Below, piece by piece: positions 20,922 through 30,518 of a stretch of 64,000 bases of DNA. The notes under the pieces are model-generated. The model was not told the DNA's origin, did no database searches, and worked only from the letters and a program-made list of their open reading frames with translations. This stretch comes from an uncultured Chthonomonadaceae bacterium (GTDB lineage: Bacteria > Armatimonadota > Chthonomonadetes > Chthonomonadales > Chthonomonadaceae): NCBI GenBank assembly GCA_963835065.1, contig CAWIEK010000053.1, positions 288,001 through 352,000 on the forward strand. The letters run 5' to 3'. The stretch's first letter is position 1. Each line of letters begins with the position of its first letter. The position numbers and the translations under genes were made by a program.

Positions 20922-21036
20922 AAGGTTTCAGGTGTCAGGTGTCAGGTGTCAGGAAGTACATCTTCCATTGTGAACTATTCTTACAAATGGTGGAGCGGCT
21001 TGTTCCTGACACCTGATACCTGAAACCTGAAACCTT
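20922..21036. repeat. Inverted heptamer-repeat hairpin element (CAGGTKT)n with ~50-nt core
   Basis: Direct reading; core similar to that of 21415-21528. Confidence 0.85.
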
Positions 21037-21037
21037 C

Positions 21038-21355
21038 CTACTCCGGTTCCAGCGTCGGTCCGACAGTCGGGCGCGGCAGTGCGGGCGGTTTGGCGCGCGG
21101 CACGGTTGGCGGCGCTTGCTGCTCGTAACGGTCTTGAATATGCGTCAGGTTGGTGGAAATCTGGCGCGCGTTGGCGTTGGTGATGTTGAGCGCCCAGCGC
21201 ATTGCGCCCACCAGCGTCAGGCTCAATACGGCAACCAACAGGGCGCGCGTCAGCAGCCCGGCCTGAACTGCCGCGTCACGGGAGGAAGCCGCAGGATAAG
21301 AGGGCGTACAAACGGCCTGCTCCGGCAGCAGCAATGTTTTTTTCGCTCGATTCAT
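21038..21355 (-). CDS. Hypothetical single-TM protein
   Basis: GGAG RBS; central TM helix; Pro-rich tail. Confidence 0.6.
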   Translation of the reverse strand: MNRAKKTLLLPEQAVCTPSYPAASSRDAAVQAGLLTRALLVAVLSLTLVGAMRWALNITNANARQISTNLTHIQDRYEQQAPPTVPRAKPPALPRPTVGPTLEPE

Positions 21356-21414
21356 GGTTGTTTCTCCAGCAGAAAGAGTGATTCAAGTTCCCTTCTGGAG
21401 AAATAGGTAACAAT

Positions 21415-21528
21415 AGGGGTCAGGTTTCAGGTTTCAGGGGTCAGGGAATACACCTATCATTATGAGCGGTTGCGATAAAAGTAGGAATGGCTTGTCCCTG
21501 ACACCTGACACCTGATACCTGAAACCTT
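21415..21528. repeat. Inverted heptamer-repeat hairpin element (CAGGTKT)n with ~50-nt core
   Basis: Direct reading; abuts the hisB stop codon. Confidence 0.85.
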
Positions 21529-22122
21529 CTAAAGTATCCCCTTCGTTGAGGGGATGCCCTGTACGCGGGGGTCATGCGCAATCGCTTGTGCCGCTGCGCG
21601 CCCGAACGCTTTGAATGCCGCTTCGATGATATGATGCGTATTGGTTCCGGCCATTTGCCGCAGGTGTACCGTCCAGCCGGCGTTTACGGCGAAGGCGCGA
21701 AAGAACTCCGGTACTAATTCACTTGTAAAATCGCCTAATTTCGGGGTTGGAAAGGTTAAATCGCAGGCCAGAAAGCCGCGCCCACTGATGTCAATGGCGC
21801 AAAACACCAGCGCCTCATCCATCGGCACGGCGCAGTTCCCTACCCGCGCAATCCCCGCCCGGTCTCCCAATGCTTCCGCAAACGCCTTGCCCAAGACAAT
21901 GCCCACATCTTCAACGGTATGATGATCGTCAATGTGCAGGTCGCCGCTTGCCTGCACGGTTAATTCCAGCAGGCCATGTTTGGCGATATGCGTCAGCATG
22001 TGATCGAAAAACCCTACGCCCGTCTGAATTTCGCTTTTGCCGCCGCCCTCCAAAGACAGACTAAGTTTTATATCGGTTTCCGCAGTTTGGCGGTGTATAC
22101 TTGCTGTACGGGGTTGGCTCAT
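21529..22122 (-). CDS. hisB: Imidazoleglycerol-phosphate dehydratase
   Basis: FFDHML, DDHHTVED, NTHHIIEA, PSTKG. Confidence 0.97.
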   Translation of the reverse strand: MSQPRTASIHRQTAETDIKLSLSLEGGGKSEIQTGVGFFDHMLTHIAKHGLLELTVQASGDLHIDDHHTVEDVGIVLGKAFAEALGDRAGIARVGNCAVPMDEALVFCAIDISGRGFLACDLTFPTPKLGDFTSELVPEFFRAFAVNAGWTVHLRQMAGTNTHHIIEAAFKAFGRAAAQAIAHDPRVQGIPSTKGIL

Positions 22123-22144
22123 AATCTTTGCACTGTCCGCCTCA

Positions 22145-22771
22145 TCAGGCCAACTTGATTTCTTCAAAGTTCGTGATGGCAATTTTAATGATTTTCAGGA
22201 AGTTGCGGCCTTCCGGCGTTCGCAGCAAATTGACGCTCGGAAAGCTATACTCGCAGGGCGTGATAATTTGTCCGGCGTCTGCCCAAGGATATTCTGTATT
22301 ATACGGCGCGGTTTCACGCTCAAGCGCCGGGGCGAGAATTTCGATCTCCCTTGCCAGCAGGCGGGCGATTCGCGTTACGTGCCGCAGTTCTGCGCTTTTG
22401 TTACGATACCGCACCTGAACATAAGGCGCTTTCAAAAAGCCGATGATAAACTTGGAAAACGCGACATGGCTTGTCAGCAGGTTTTCAATCGGCGTACCGG
22501 TGTCACGGAAGCGGTAAGCTTTGGCTATCTTTTCACAGGCCATTTGCAAGTAGTGCAAGGCATGGCACAATTCTACCTGAGCAAGCAACGGATATTGCGC
22601 CGCCAGCTCTCTACTGGTAAATAATTCGTAAATTGCCAGATCGGAACGACTCTGCTTGACATACGCTTGCGCCCAAGCAACGCGGTTATCCGGCAACGTA
22701 CCGCGCTGTAGGACATCAGCAATACCGGTACGCACTTCTGGAACATCAACTTCTTCGGGTTCTGGCCCCAT
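22145..22771 (-). CDS. HEPN-like protein
   Basis: HYLQMACEKIAKA resembles the HEPN QxxEKxxKA motif; EYPW near the C-terminus; start uncertain. Confidence 0.6.
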   Translation of the reverse strand: MGPEPEEVDVPEVRTGIADVLQRGTLPDNRVAWAQAYVKQSRSDLAIYELFTSRELAAQYPLLAQVELCHALHYLQMACEKIAKAYRFRDTGTPIENLLTSHVAFSKFIIGFLKAPYVQVRYRNKSAELRHVTRIARLLAREIEILAPALERETAPYNTEYPWADAGQIITPCEYSFPSVNLLRTPEGRNFLKIIKIAITNFEEIKLA

Positions 22772-22791
22772 AACGATGTATCAAACTCTTT

Positions 22792-23118
22792 TCAAGAACG
22801 CGAGTATCGTTTTACGCTCTGCAAATTCCAGCCGGCAGGCAGGGGAATAGTACCTTCACAAACACGCTCCATTTCTTCGGGAGTCACTTCCGCAACAACG
22901 CTGGAATACGTGATTTCCTCGGCGGGCGCAAAACCGAATGTCATTACCTCGCCTGTCGGCAGAGTCGCACTGTTGATTTCCAGCAGCTTGATGGGTTCTG
23001 TTGGGCTATCTTCATCCATCGCCAGAAACCGATAAATTTCTGTTGTATACGGATCAACATTGAAGTGCCACTCTATCAGCTTTTCAGCCACTTCATCTTT
23101 TGCGGTGAGAGTCTGCAT
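22792..23118 (-). CDS. Small acidic hypothetical protein, probable partner of the HEPN-like gene
   Basis: 108 aa, lies between hisD and the HEPN-like gene; EPIKLLEI core. Confidence 0.65.
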   Translation of the reverse strand: MQTLTAKDEVAEKLIEWHFNVDPYTTEIYRFLAMDEDSPTEPIKLLEINSATLPTGEVMTFGFAPAEEITYSSVVAEVTPEEMERVCEGTIPLPAGWNLQSVKRYSRS

Positions 23119-23125
23119 GGCGTTC

Positions 23126-24430
23126 CTACTTGTTTTCTGATGCTGTGGAAACGGCGACACGTACCTTAACCGCTTCGGCGTGGGCGTCGAAGCCTTCGGC
23201 GCAGGCAAAGGAAGTCAGCGCGTCCGCGACCTGCTCTAAGGCGGGCGCGGTGTAGTACAGGAAACTGGACTTTTTCACGAACGTATCTACGTGCAGGGGC
23301 GAGGCAAAGCGGGCGGTTCCACTCGTCGGCAGGGTGTGGCTCGGTCCGGCAAGGTAATCGCCCAGCGTTTGCGGCGTGTAATCGCCCATTAAAATTGCGC
23401 CCGCGTTGCGGATGTGACCGAGGGCAGCCAGCGGGTCGCGCACCATCAGGGCGAGATGTTCCGGCGCGCAAATGTTGGCAAGTTCGTAGGCTTGCAGCAA
23501 CGATTCCGTGACAAGCGCGGCGCTGTTGTCTTCCAGCGATTTGAGCAGAATGTCGCGGCGGGGCAGTTTTTGCAATTGCCGCTCGATTTCCTTCAAAACT
23601 TCCTGCGCCAATGCCTCGGAAGGCGTAATCAGAAACGCGGCGGCTTCTACATCGTGTTCGGCCTGCGTAAGCATATCGAGCGCGGCGAAAATGGGGTTGG
23701 CGTGTTCGTCCGCAACCACGCATACTTCGCTTGGCCCGGCCAGCATATCAATATCCACCACGCCCCACAATTGCTTTTTGGCGATGTTGACATACACATT
23801 GCCCGGCCCGACCACTTTATCTACGGCGGGAACGGTTTGGGTTCCATACGCAAGCGCGGCGATGGCCTGCGCGCCCCCGACCGTCAGGACGCGCTGCACC
23901 CCGGCCACTTTGGCGGCAAACAGCACAAGCGGCGGTACTTTGCCGTCCTTTTGAACGGGAGTGCAAAGAATCACTTCGGGGACGCCCGCCACAATCGCCG
24001 GAATCGCGGCCATCAATACCGTGCTTGGATACGCCGCCGTGCCGCCGGGAACGTACACGCCGACGCGATCCAGCGGGCGCACAAGCTGCCCTAAAATTTT
24101 GTCGGGCTGCGCGTCCAGCCAGCTAGTCTTGCGCTGCTGCTGATGGAATTTTTCGATGTTGGCCGCGGATTGGCGCACCGCGTCGCGCAGTTTGGGCGCA
24201 ATCGTCTCTTCCGCGTCGTCCCACAACGCGCGGGGAACTTCCAGCGTGTCCAAATCGGGCGAATCAAAGCGGCGGCTTAGTTCCAGCAAAGCCACATCGC
24301 CGCGCGCCCGAACGTCCGCAATAATATTGCGCACAATGGCTTCCACGCGGGGGTTATCCTGCAGCGTCGTTCGCGCCAAAACCGCGCGAACTGGCTCCAT
24401 CCCGTCCTGAGCAACCCGAAGAATTCGCAA
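23126..24430 (-). CDS. hisD: Histidinol dehydrogenase
   Basis: GVYVPGG, GPGNVYV, IDMLAGPSE, QAEHD, APEHL, GPSHTLPT. Confidence 0.97.
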   Translation of the reverse strand: MRILRVAQDGMEPVRAVLARTTLQDNPRVEAIVRNIIADVRARGDVALLELSRRFDSPDLDTLEVPRALWDDAEETIAPKLRDAVRQSAANIEKFHQQQRKTSWLDAQPDKILGQLVRPLDRVGVYVPGGTAAYPSTVLMAAIPAIVAGVPEVILCTPVQKDGKVPPLVLFAAKVAGVQRVLTVGGAQAIAALAYGTQTVPAVDKVVGPGNVYVNIAKKQLWGVVDIDMLAGPSEVCVVADEHANPIFAALDMLTQAEHDVEAAAFLITPSEALAQEVLKEIERQLQKLPRRDILLKSLEDNSAALVTESLLQAYELANICAPEHLALMVRDPLAALGHIRNAGAILMGDYTPQTLGDYLAGPSHTLPTSGTARFASPLHVDTFVKKSSFLYYTAPALEQVADALTSFACAEGFDAHAEAVKVRVAVSTASENK

Positions 24431-24563
24431 CGCGCCCCGTCCTTATCCAAAGCCGAAGTAAGCAGGCGTATAACAGTCAGTCTTCCGCTTTGAAGCGCGG
24501 AGGCTGAGGCTGTCATTCCTGCTTACATTATACGGCGTTTGCGCGGGGGAAGTCAATGCACGG

Positions 24564-24675
24564 AAGTAGTCAGTAGTCAGTAGTCAGTAGAAGAACCCAC
24601 TCCTGTAATCTGCTGTTTTAGAACAAAGCCCTGAGTAGAAAGGTATTTCTACTGACTACTGACTACTGACTACTT
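24564..24675. repeat. Inverted heptamer-repeat hairpin element (AGTAGTC)n...(GACTACT)n
   Basis: Direct reading; the right arm encodes the last codons and stop (VVSSQ*) of the HD-GYP/GGDEF gene. Confidence 0.85.
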
Positions 24676-27358
24676 TCCACTTCTCCAACACGCTCGCCAC
24701 TACCGCCGTGTCCAGGCACAGTGGCTCAGAAAACAGACAGCGCACTTCCTTTTCCGTTCTGCCTTCGCGTTCAATCCTGCCTTCGCGTTGTTTTTGTTCC
24801 GTTTTGGTTTGGAACATGCGGCGGTCGGCAATGGCTATCAGGTCTTCCAGGCTGCCGCTGTCATGGGGCGCGCAGGCAATGCCGATACTCACATCCAGAT
24901 GGCAGGACGCATCGAAGTCGGACAGAAAATCGGGGCGATAATTCTGCACCGCGCTGCGAATGCGCGCCGCCACTTCGCGCGCTCCCGTTTCGCCGGATTG
25001 CGGCAGCACGATCACAAACTCATCGCCGCCATAGCGCACGGCCATATCAGTTGGGCGCAGTTCACGCGGCAGTAATTGCGCCACTTCGCGCAGGACGCGG
25101 CTGCCCTGCGGGTGTCCGAAACGCGTATTCATGTTCTTGAAATTGTCCAGGTCGAGGTACAGCAGGGCGCAGTTTCTGCCATTATGCGGTGGGAGAAGGG
25201 AATCCATTTTTTGGCGCAGATAGCGCATATTGTTCAGACCGGTCAGCGCGTCCGTGTTGGCGTTGCTGTACGCGCGGACATACTCCTGTTCCTGACTCAA
25301 TGCGGTCTGCACCTGTTCGGCGATCATAGTCAGCAAATGTTCGTCATCCGCGCTGAAGGCATCCGGGTCGCGATGGTAAAACGTCATCGTTCCCAGAACA
25401 TCCTCGCCGTGCAGCAGGGGCACAATCAGAATAGAGCGCACGGGGCGCGTATCGTCTTCCGACACAGACCAGGTTAATCCTTCCGCGTTGTAAGGGCCGC
25501 GCGCGGTGCGCCGATGACGCGCCGCGATAGCAGAAGGCGCGTTGGCATCCAGCAGGGAATGGTTCAGAAGCACATCCGCGTTGTGCCCCGCAGCGGCGTA
25601 CACGCGCAAGCGGGGTTCGGATGGGGTTTCGTCCGCGCCATCACCTTTATTCCCATTGGCAAGGGCGGCGTTGTTATCCGATGCCGCAGAATTCTGCGCG
25701 GGCCATGCGGACGGCAAGCGCAAGCCCTCCGGCAGCGGGGTATCAAATACCCGGCTCGGAGGAGCGTCATACAGGAAAAAGGCGCAGGTGGTTCCCTGCC
25801 GAATTGCCGTCAGCTTTTCTACCAGTTGTGTCAGCCGCCATTGCATTGGAATGGGCAAATTCAGCTTCTGGCTTATCTCATAAAACACCCACAGCTCCCA
25901 GGCCGAGTGTCCAATCTGGCGCGAAACGCCCGAAGCCGTACTTGCCGCGGAAGGCTGGCCTGTTATGGCTTCCGCGCTTGCCGTCACCAGTTCCAGTTCC
26001 TGCATGGTGAGATCAACCTGATCCACCACTTCCAAAAACGCGCGCACGACCTGCGGATCAAACTGCATCCCGGCTTCTGTAATCAGAAAATCCAGAGTTT
26101 TCTGACGCGGCCAGGCGGTGCGATAAGGACGATCTGACGTGAGGGCGTCGTACACGTCCGCAACCGACAAAATGCGCGCGCTCAAGGGGATGGCCTCGCC
26201 TGCCAGTCCGTCCGGGTAGCCCGTGCCGTCCCATTTCTCATGGTGATGGCGCACCACGTCAGAAACCGGCCAGGGAAACTGAACCGGTTCCAGAATATCC
26301 GCGCCCACTACGGGATGCCGCTTCATCTTCTCAAATTCATCCGGCGTCAGGCGGCCCGGCTTAAGCAGGACGTAATCCGGTACGCCCAGTTTGCCGATGT
26401 CGTGCAGCACCGCCCCGGTGCGAATCGCCTCCAACTCCGCCCCGCTCACGCCCATATTCTGCGCAATCGAAACCGCGTAATGCTGTACGCGGTGGATGTG
26501 GGCATGCGTATACTGATCCTTGGCGGCAATCGCCGTCGCCAGCGATTTCACCGTAGACAGATACAACTCGCTGAGTTCCTCTTTGCCCGCTTCCAGCTCC
26601 TTTTTGCCGGCTTCCAGTTTGTCTATCAACTGCTGCGTTTCGGCAACATGGTCGGCATACAGCTTATTGTAGTATTGCAGCGCGAACGGCACAACCGCCG
26701 CGCCCAGAAGCAGGGTGCGGCTGTCACTGACAAACATCACGGCAAAGGCGACGTAGGCCGCTCCCAGCAAATGCGGAGGAAACGCCCACATAAAATCTTT
26801 ATGCCATAGTATTCGCAGGGAACGGCGCGAGGTCAGGGAAATCATTTTTGCCAGCAAGCCGGCATTCAGAAAAAAATACGTGGTCATCGCCGCGAACACT
26901 GCCGGCAGGGAACCTGGTCTCACCATTCCCACGCCATGATTAAACAGGGCGAAGACCTGCCCGGAACACCAGGCGGTGGTTACGATAGAGGCCATATTGA
27001 ACAGCAGATACCGCAACTGCGTACGGCGCGGATACAAGTCGGCGGCAAGCGTGGAAACAATTCCGGCTAGAACTCCCGCGCGTATTCCCAAAGCCAGTAG
27101 CGTTCCGAATGTCACCAGGAACCCGAGCGTTACATAACGCAACTCGTCCGGCTGTCTGGAATGTAATAAATACACTTTGCGCGTACCCGCAAAGGCCGCC
27201 AGTGTCAGAGCAATGCCGACAGGAAGCAGCGGGAGGTGGTCGCCCGCAACAGGCGGCAGAAGCAGCGTGGCAAGCAGGGCGGCAATTCCCAGCAGACAAA
27301 CTACAACCAGAAAGCCGCGCGCGCTAAAAGATTCGGATGACGAGGATTTAGATGGCAT
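24656..27358 (-). CDS. Membrane-bound HD-GYP + GAF + GGDEF c-di-GMP signalling protein
   Basis: About 6-7 N-terminal TM helices; LHDIGK and HHEKWDGTGYP; GAF (ILIVPL...FSADDEHLL); RPTD I-site and GGDEF. Confidence 0.93.
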   Translation of the reverse strand: MPSKSSSSESFSARGFLVVVCLLGIAALLATLLLPPVAGDHLPLLPVGIALTLAAFAGTRKVYLLHSRQPDELRYVTLGFLVTFGTLLALGIRAGVLAGIVSTLAADLYPRRTQLRYLLFNMASIVTTAWCSGQVFALFNHGVGMVRPGSLPAVFAAMTTYFFLNAGLLAKMISLTSRRSLRILWHKDFMWAFPPHLLGAAYVAFAVMFVSDSRTLLLGAAVVPFALQYYNKLYADHVAETQQLIDKLEAGKKELEAGKEELSELYLSTVKSLATAIAAKDQYTHAHIHRVQHYAVSIAQNMGVSGAELEAIRTGAVLHDIGKLGVPDYVLLKPGRLTPDEFEKMKRHPVVGADILEPVQFPWPVSDVVRHHHEKWDGTGYPDGLAGEAIPLSARILSVADVYDALTSDRPYRTAWPRQKTLDFLITEAGMQFDPQVVRAFLEVVDQVDLTMQELELVTASAEAITGQPSAASTASGVSRQIGHSAWELWVFYEISQKLNLPIPMQWRLTQLVEKLTAIRQGTTCAFFLYDAPPSRVFDTPLPEGLRLPSAWPAQNSAASDNNAALANGNKGDGADETPSEPRLRVYAAAGHNADVLLNHSLLDANAPSAIAARHRRTARGPYNAEGLTWSVSEDDTRPVRSILIVPLLHGEDVLGTMTFYHRDPDAFSADDEHLLTMIAEQVQTALSQEQEYVRAYSNANTDALTGLNNMRYLRQKMDSLLPPHNGRNCALLYLDLDNFKNMNTRFGHPQGSRVLREVAQLLPRELRPTDMAVRYGGDEFVIVLPQSGETGAREVAARIRSAVQNYRPDFLSDFDASCHLDVSIGIACAPHDSGSLEDLIAIADRRMFQTKTEQKQREGRIEREGRTEKEVRCLFSEPLCLDTAVVASVLEKWKVVSSQ

Positions 27359-27502
27359 AAGAAGAGGTCCTCAGAAGCTAAACGCCGATGAAAAAGAGAA
27401 ACACCAATGAAAGTCTTGCGGTTGCCTGCTATGGCACCTGAAGATGATATCAAAGGAGGAGGCGCACTTAACAAGTGGAGGCTAAAAACCACCATTTGTC
27501 CA

Positions 27503-27528
27503 TTATCGGCACTCTTGTTACAGATTTA
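27503..27528 (-). promoter_or_regulatory. Putative sigma28 (FliA/WhiG-type) promoter for the HD-GYP/GGDEF gene
   Basis: Minus strand TAAA-N14-GCCGATAA; perfect -10, spacer one base short of the usual 15. Confidence 0.55.
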
Positions 27529-27582
27529 TAGCCCATTTCGAAAAATTTTCTAAATTTTTTGTCAAAATGTCTATTTTCCCCC

Positions 27583-27610
27583 TAAAGATGCCGGTTTCGT
27601 ATGCCGATGG
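27583..27610 (+). promoter_or_regulatory. Putative sigma28-type promoter for the S8 peptidase gene
   Basis: TAAA-N16-GCCGATGG. Confidence 0.5.
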
Positions 27611-28032
27611 TCTTAGTAAGAGATTGACCCTGCCCTTATAAGCGGCGCTGTTCAGGCTCCTTCAACGGCAAAGACCAGCGCGCACCTTCCACATTCAGGT
27701 CTTCTTCCACTCCGCGCCCCGCCGCGCAGACATACGCTTTGTTGCGTACCTTGCTTTGCATGCCGGTTCGTTACGGCAGCGTTTTGCGGCAGTCGGCAAT
27801 TTCCTGCCAACTCGAAGCAGCGAATTACCGGGATGTTCTTTCGCTTTTCCGCATTTCACGGGTACAGGCAATTTCAGACTGTTCATCGCCTTCCTTGATA
27901 CTTCCAATCGCAGCCCTTTCTACGCAACTCTCCGCCAGGTTGACGAGAAAAGACAACCCCTGACCGGTTCCGGCTGTTCCCATTCAACAATGTTCGCTTC
28001 TACTCTCATCAGTATTCTTATATAAGGAGAGA

Positions 28033-29946
28033 ATGATGACCGTTTTGCCCACGCAGACGCGCTTTATTGCGTCTTTCAACTCATCTTCAACAGCAAACCG
28101 CTCTCGTCGCGCGCGGCTGTCCGGTTTTGGACTGCTGACGGGCGCGTTTGCGCTTTCAACCGGCGCTTGGTCGCCCGCGCAAGCAGCATCCGCTCCGCCC
28201 GCGCATCTCTCGCCGACAGACAGCGCCAAAATCGCGCCCTTTGTGCGCCAGCGCCTGTCCGGTACGTCTGGCGACTTGATTCCCGTCATCGTCAAAACCG
28301 ATGGAACTATTCCCGCTTCCGTCCAGGGGCTGGTGGGCAAAACTTCGCTCACCGCGTTTGCTTTCCCGCGCGCCGGCAAGAATACGCCGGCGCTGGCGCT
28401 GCTCAACCGGGGTGACGTGATGGCGGCGCGGCTGGACGCGCGGAGCATTGCCGCCCTGGCCGCAGACCGTCATACGCTCCACATCTCGCCGGATTTGCCC
28501 GTGCAAACGTTCAGTTCCGGCCCGGCTTATCTGGATTACGCGATGGAAGCGACGGGCATCAACTACCTGCAAGCCAGCCACAATCTGTCAGGCCGGGGCG
28601 TCGGGGTTGCTGTCGTAGATACCGGCATTTATCCGCACAACGACCTGTCGCAAACGGCCTCGCGCATTGTCGGCTGGACAGATTTGGTGCAGAACCTCAG
28701 CCAGCCCTACGATGACAACGGGCATGGCACACACGTCGCCGGGTTGGTGGGCGGCAACGGAAACACTTCGGCTGCCAACGGATATATCACTTCGTTTGTC
28801 CGCTCCGCTCCCAACACGTCGCTTATCGGCGTGAAAGTGCTGGACAGAACCGGCGGCGGCAGCGTCAGTACGGTGATTGCGGGCATCAACTGGTGCATCG
28901 CGCATCGAGCGCAATACAACATCCGCGTCATGAATTTAAGCGTGGGGCATCCCATCGGCGAAAGCTACCAGACCGATCCGTTGTGCCAGGCTTGCGAACA
29001 AGCGTGGGCGGCGGGCATTACGGTTGTCGTGGCGGCAGGCAACAACGGACGCAGCGTGCCGAGCGACCCCAACAGCCCCACGCAGTACGGCTCGATTACC
29101 AGTCCCGGCAACGATCCGAGCGTGATTACCGTAGGCGCAGTCAACACGCGGGGCACGCTCCTGCGCGACGACGACCTCATCTGCACCTACAGCAGCCGGG
29201 GGCCGAGCATGGGCGATCTGGTTCTCAAGCCCGACATCGTTGCGCCCGGCAACAACATCATCAGCCTGGCCGCGCCGGGCAGCGCACTGTTCGCGCAGGC
29301 CGGCGGCAACCTGCTCACCCCATCAGATTACGGCGGCACGGGGAGTCAGGCGTATATGACGCTGTCGGGCACGTCCATGGCGGCGCCCATCGTGTCCGGC
29401 GCAGTCGCCCTCATGCTGGAAGCCGACCCGACCTTAACCCCGGATACCGTCAAAGCGCGCCTGATGCTGTCGGCCACCAAGACCGCCACTATGGATTATC
29501 AGTCTTACGGGGCCGGATATATTAATGTAGTGGGCGCGCTGGCCTTGACGCAGGTAACAGCCGATCATTCGATCAGCCCTTCCCTGACCCGCCTTTCCAA
29601 TGGCACGGTGGATATTACCAACTTCGGCTGGGGCGGCAACATCGTTGACCAGAACTTCGGTTGGGGCTACAACGGCACGGACAAAAAAATCACGGCGGAA
29701 AACTTCGGGTGGGGCTACAACGGCCCGGTGGGAAAAGACGGCAAGCTGTACGACGATTCCGACTACCTGACGCCGCAGAACTTCGGCTGGGGCGACAACG
29801 GCTTTACGGGCCTGGGCGTGTTCGGACCGCAAACCCTGCCCACCAACGTCGGCCCGACCGACCCCGCGCTGTGGAACGGCCACATCACGCCAATCAACAC
29901 GCCCACGCAAACCGACTGCCTGAGCCTGCTGTTTCGAGGCGATTAG
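28033..29946 (+). CDS. Secreted subtilisin-family (S8, AprX-like) peptidase with a C-terminal NFGWG repeat tail
   Basis: AAGGAG RBS; signal peptide; triad VVDTG / HGTHVAG / SGTSMA; oxyanion AAGN; four NFGWGxN repeats at 29620-29799. Confidence 0.95.
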   Translation: MMTVLPTQTRFIASFNSSSTANRSRRARLSGFGLLTGAFALSTGAWSPAQAASAPPAHLSPTDSAKIAPFVRQRLSGTSGDLIPVIVKTDGTIPASVQGLVGKTSLTAFAFPRAGKNTPALALLNRGDVMAARLDARSIAALAADRHTLHISPDLPVQTFSSGPAYLDYAMEATGINYLQASHNLSGRGVGVAVVDTGIYPHNDLSQTASRIVGWTDLVQNLSQPYDDNGHGTHVAGLVGGNGNTSAANGYITSFVRSAPNTSLIGVKVLDRTGGGSVSTVIAGINWCIAHRAQYNIRVMNLSVGHPIGESYQTDPLCQACEQAWAAGITVVVAAGNNGRSVPSDPNSPTQYGSITSPGNDPSVITVGAVNTRGTLLRDDDLICTYSSRGPSMGDLVLKPDIVAPGNNIISLAAPGSALFAQAGGNLLTPSDYGGTGSQAYMTLSGTSMAAPIVSGAVALMLEADPTLTPDTVKARLMLSATKTATMDYQSYGAGYINVVGALALTQVTADHSISPSLTRLSNGTVDITNFGWGGNIVDQNFGWGYNGTDKKITAENFGWGYNGPVGKDGKLYDDSDYLTPQNFGWGDNGFTGLGVFGPQTLPTNVGPTDPALWNGHITPINTPTQTDCLSLLFRGD

Positions 29947-30066
29947 TTGATAGTTGATAGTTCTTAGTTGATAGAGATGAAGAGATTAAGAACTTTCAGC
30001 GCTACGTCACTTGATCACCGGTAACAGGTTGAAATTCCTCTGAAACACAGGAGTTTGTGAAGCAGA

Positions 30067-30104
30067 CGAGTGGAGGCAGAAACATTGTTTTCTGCCTCCA
30101 CTCG
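30067..30104. terminator. Terminator hairpin between convergent genes
   Basis: CGAGTGGAGGCAGAAA / TTTCTGCCTCCACTCG, perfect 16-bp stem. Confidence 0.75.
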
Positions 30105-30146
30105 CTTTGTATCCAATCATCAAAGCTGTCATTGCTAACTTGCGAG

Positions 30147-30518
30147 CTATGGACGCGCTGTAATCGTTACTTTGCCACCGATAACAGCCTCAAAAAATAC
30201 ATCATGCCCTTGCAGCAGTCTCGTTCCTAACAGTGGATCGGTATCGGCAACTTCCACATAAACATTGCGCAACCTGCCGTCCCATTCCACAAACCCAACG
30301 TAAACATCAATCTCTTCCAACACGCCATTTGCCAATGTAGTTATGCTATGCGTAAGCCAAACCAAGCCAAGTTCACGAACCTGCTGCGGACTCAAAGTGA
30401 GCGATCCATTGAAGCCGGTGTCCACCAGAAAAGAAATCGTTTGTTTATTCCCGGCAGAACTTCGTATTGTCAAAGGAACTCGTGGCTCGTAATGTTCATC
30501 TACAAAGCCAGGAATCAT
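30147..30518 (-). CDS. Clan AA (retropepsin-like) aspartic protease
   Basis: FLVDTGFNG and PLLG motifs; 123 aa. Confidence 0.85.
   Translation of the reverse strand: MIPGFVDEHYEPRVPLTIRSSAGNKQTISFLVDTGFNGSLTLSPQQVRELGLVWLTHSITTLANGVLEEIDVYVGFVEWDGRLRNVYVEVADTDPLLGTRLLQGHDVFFEAVIGGKVTITARP

Noticed and set aside
27359..28032. c-di-GMP riboswitch in the receptor-protease intergenic region
   Set aside because: I could not find the GEMM-type conserved motifs by eye; an Rfam scan would settle it.
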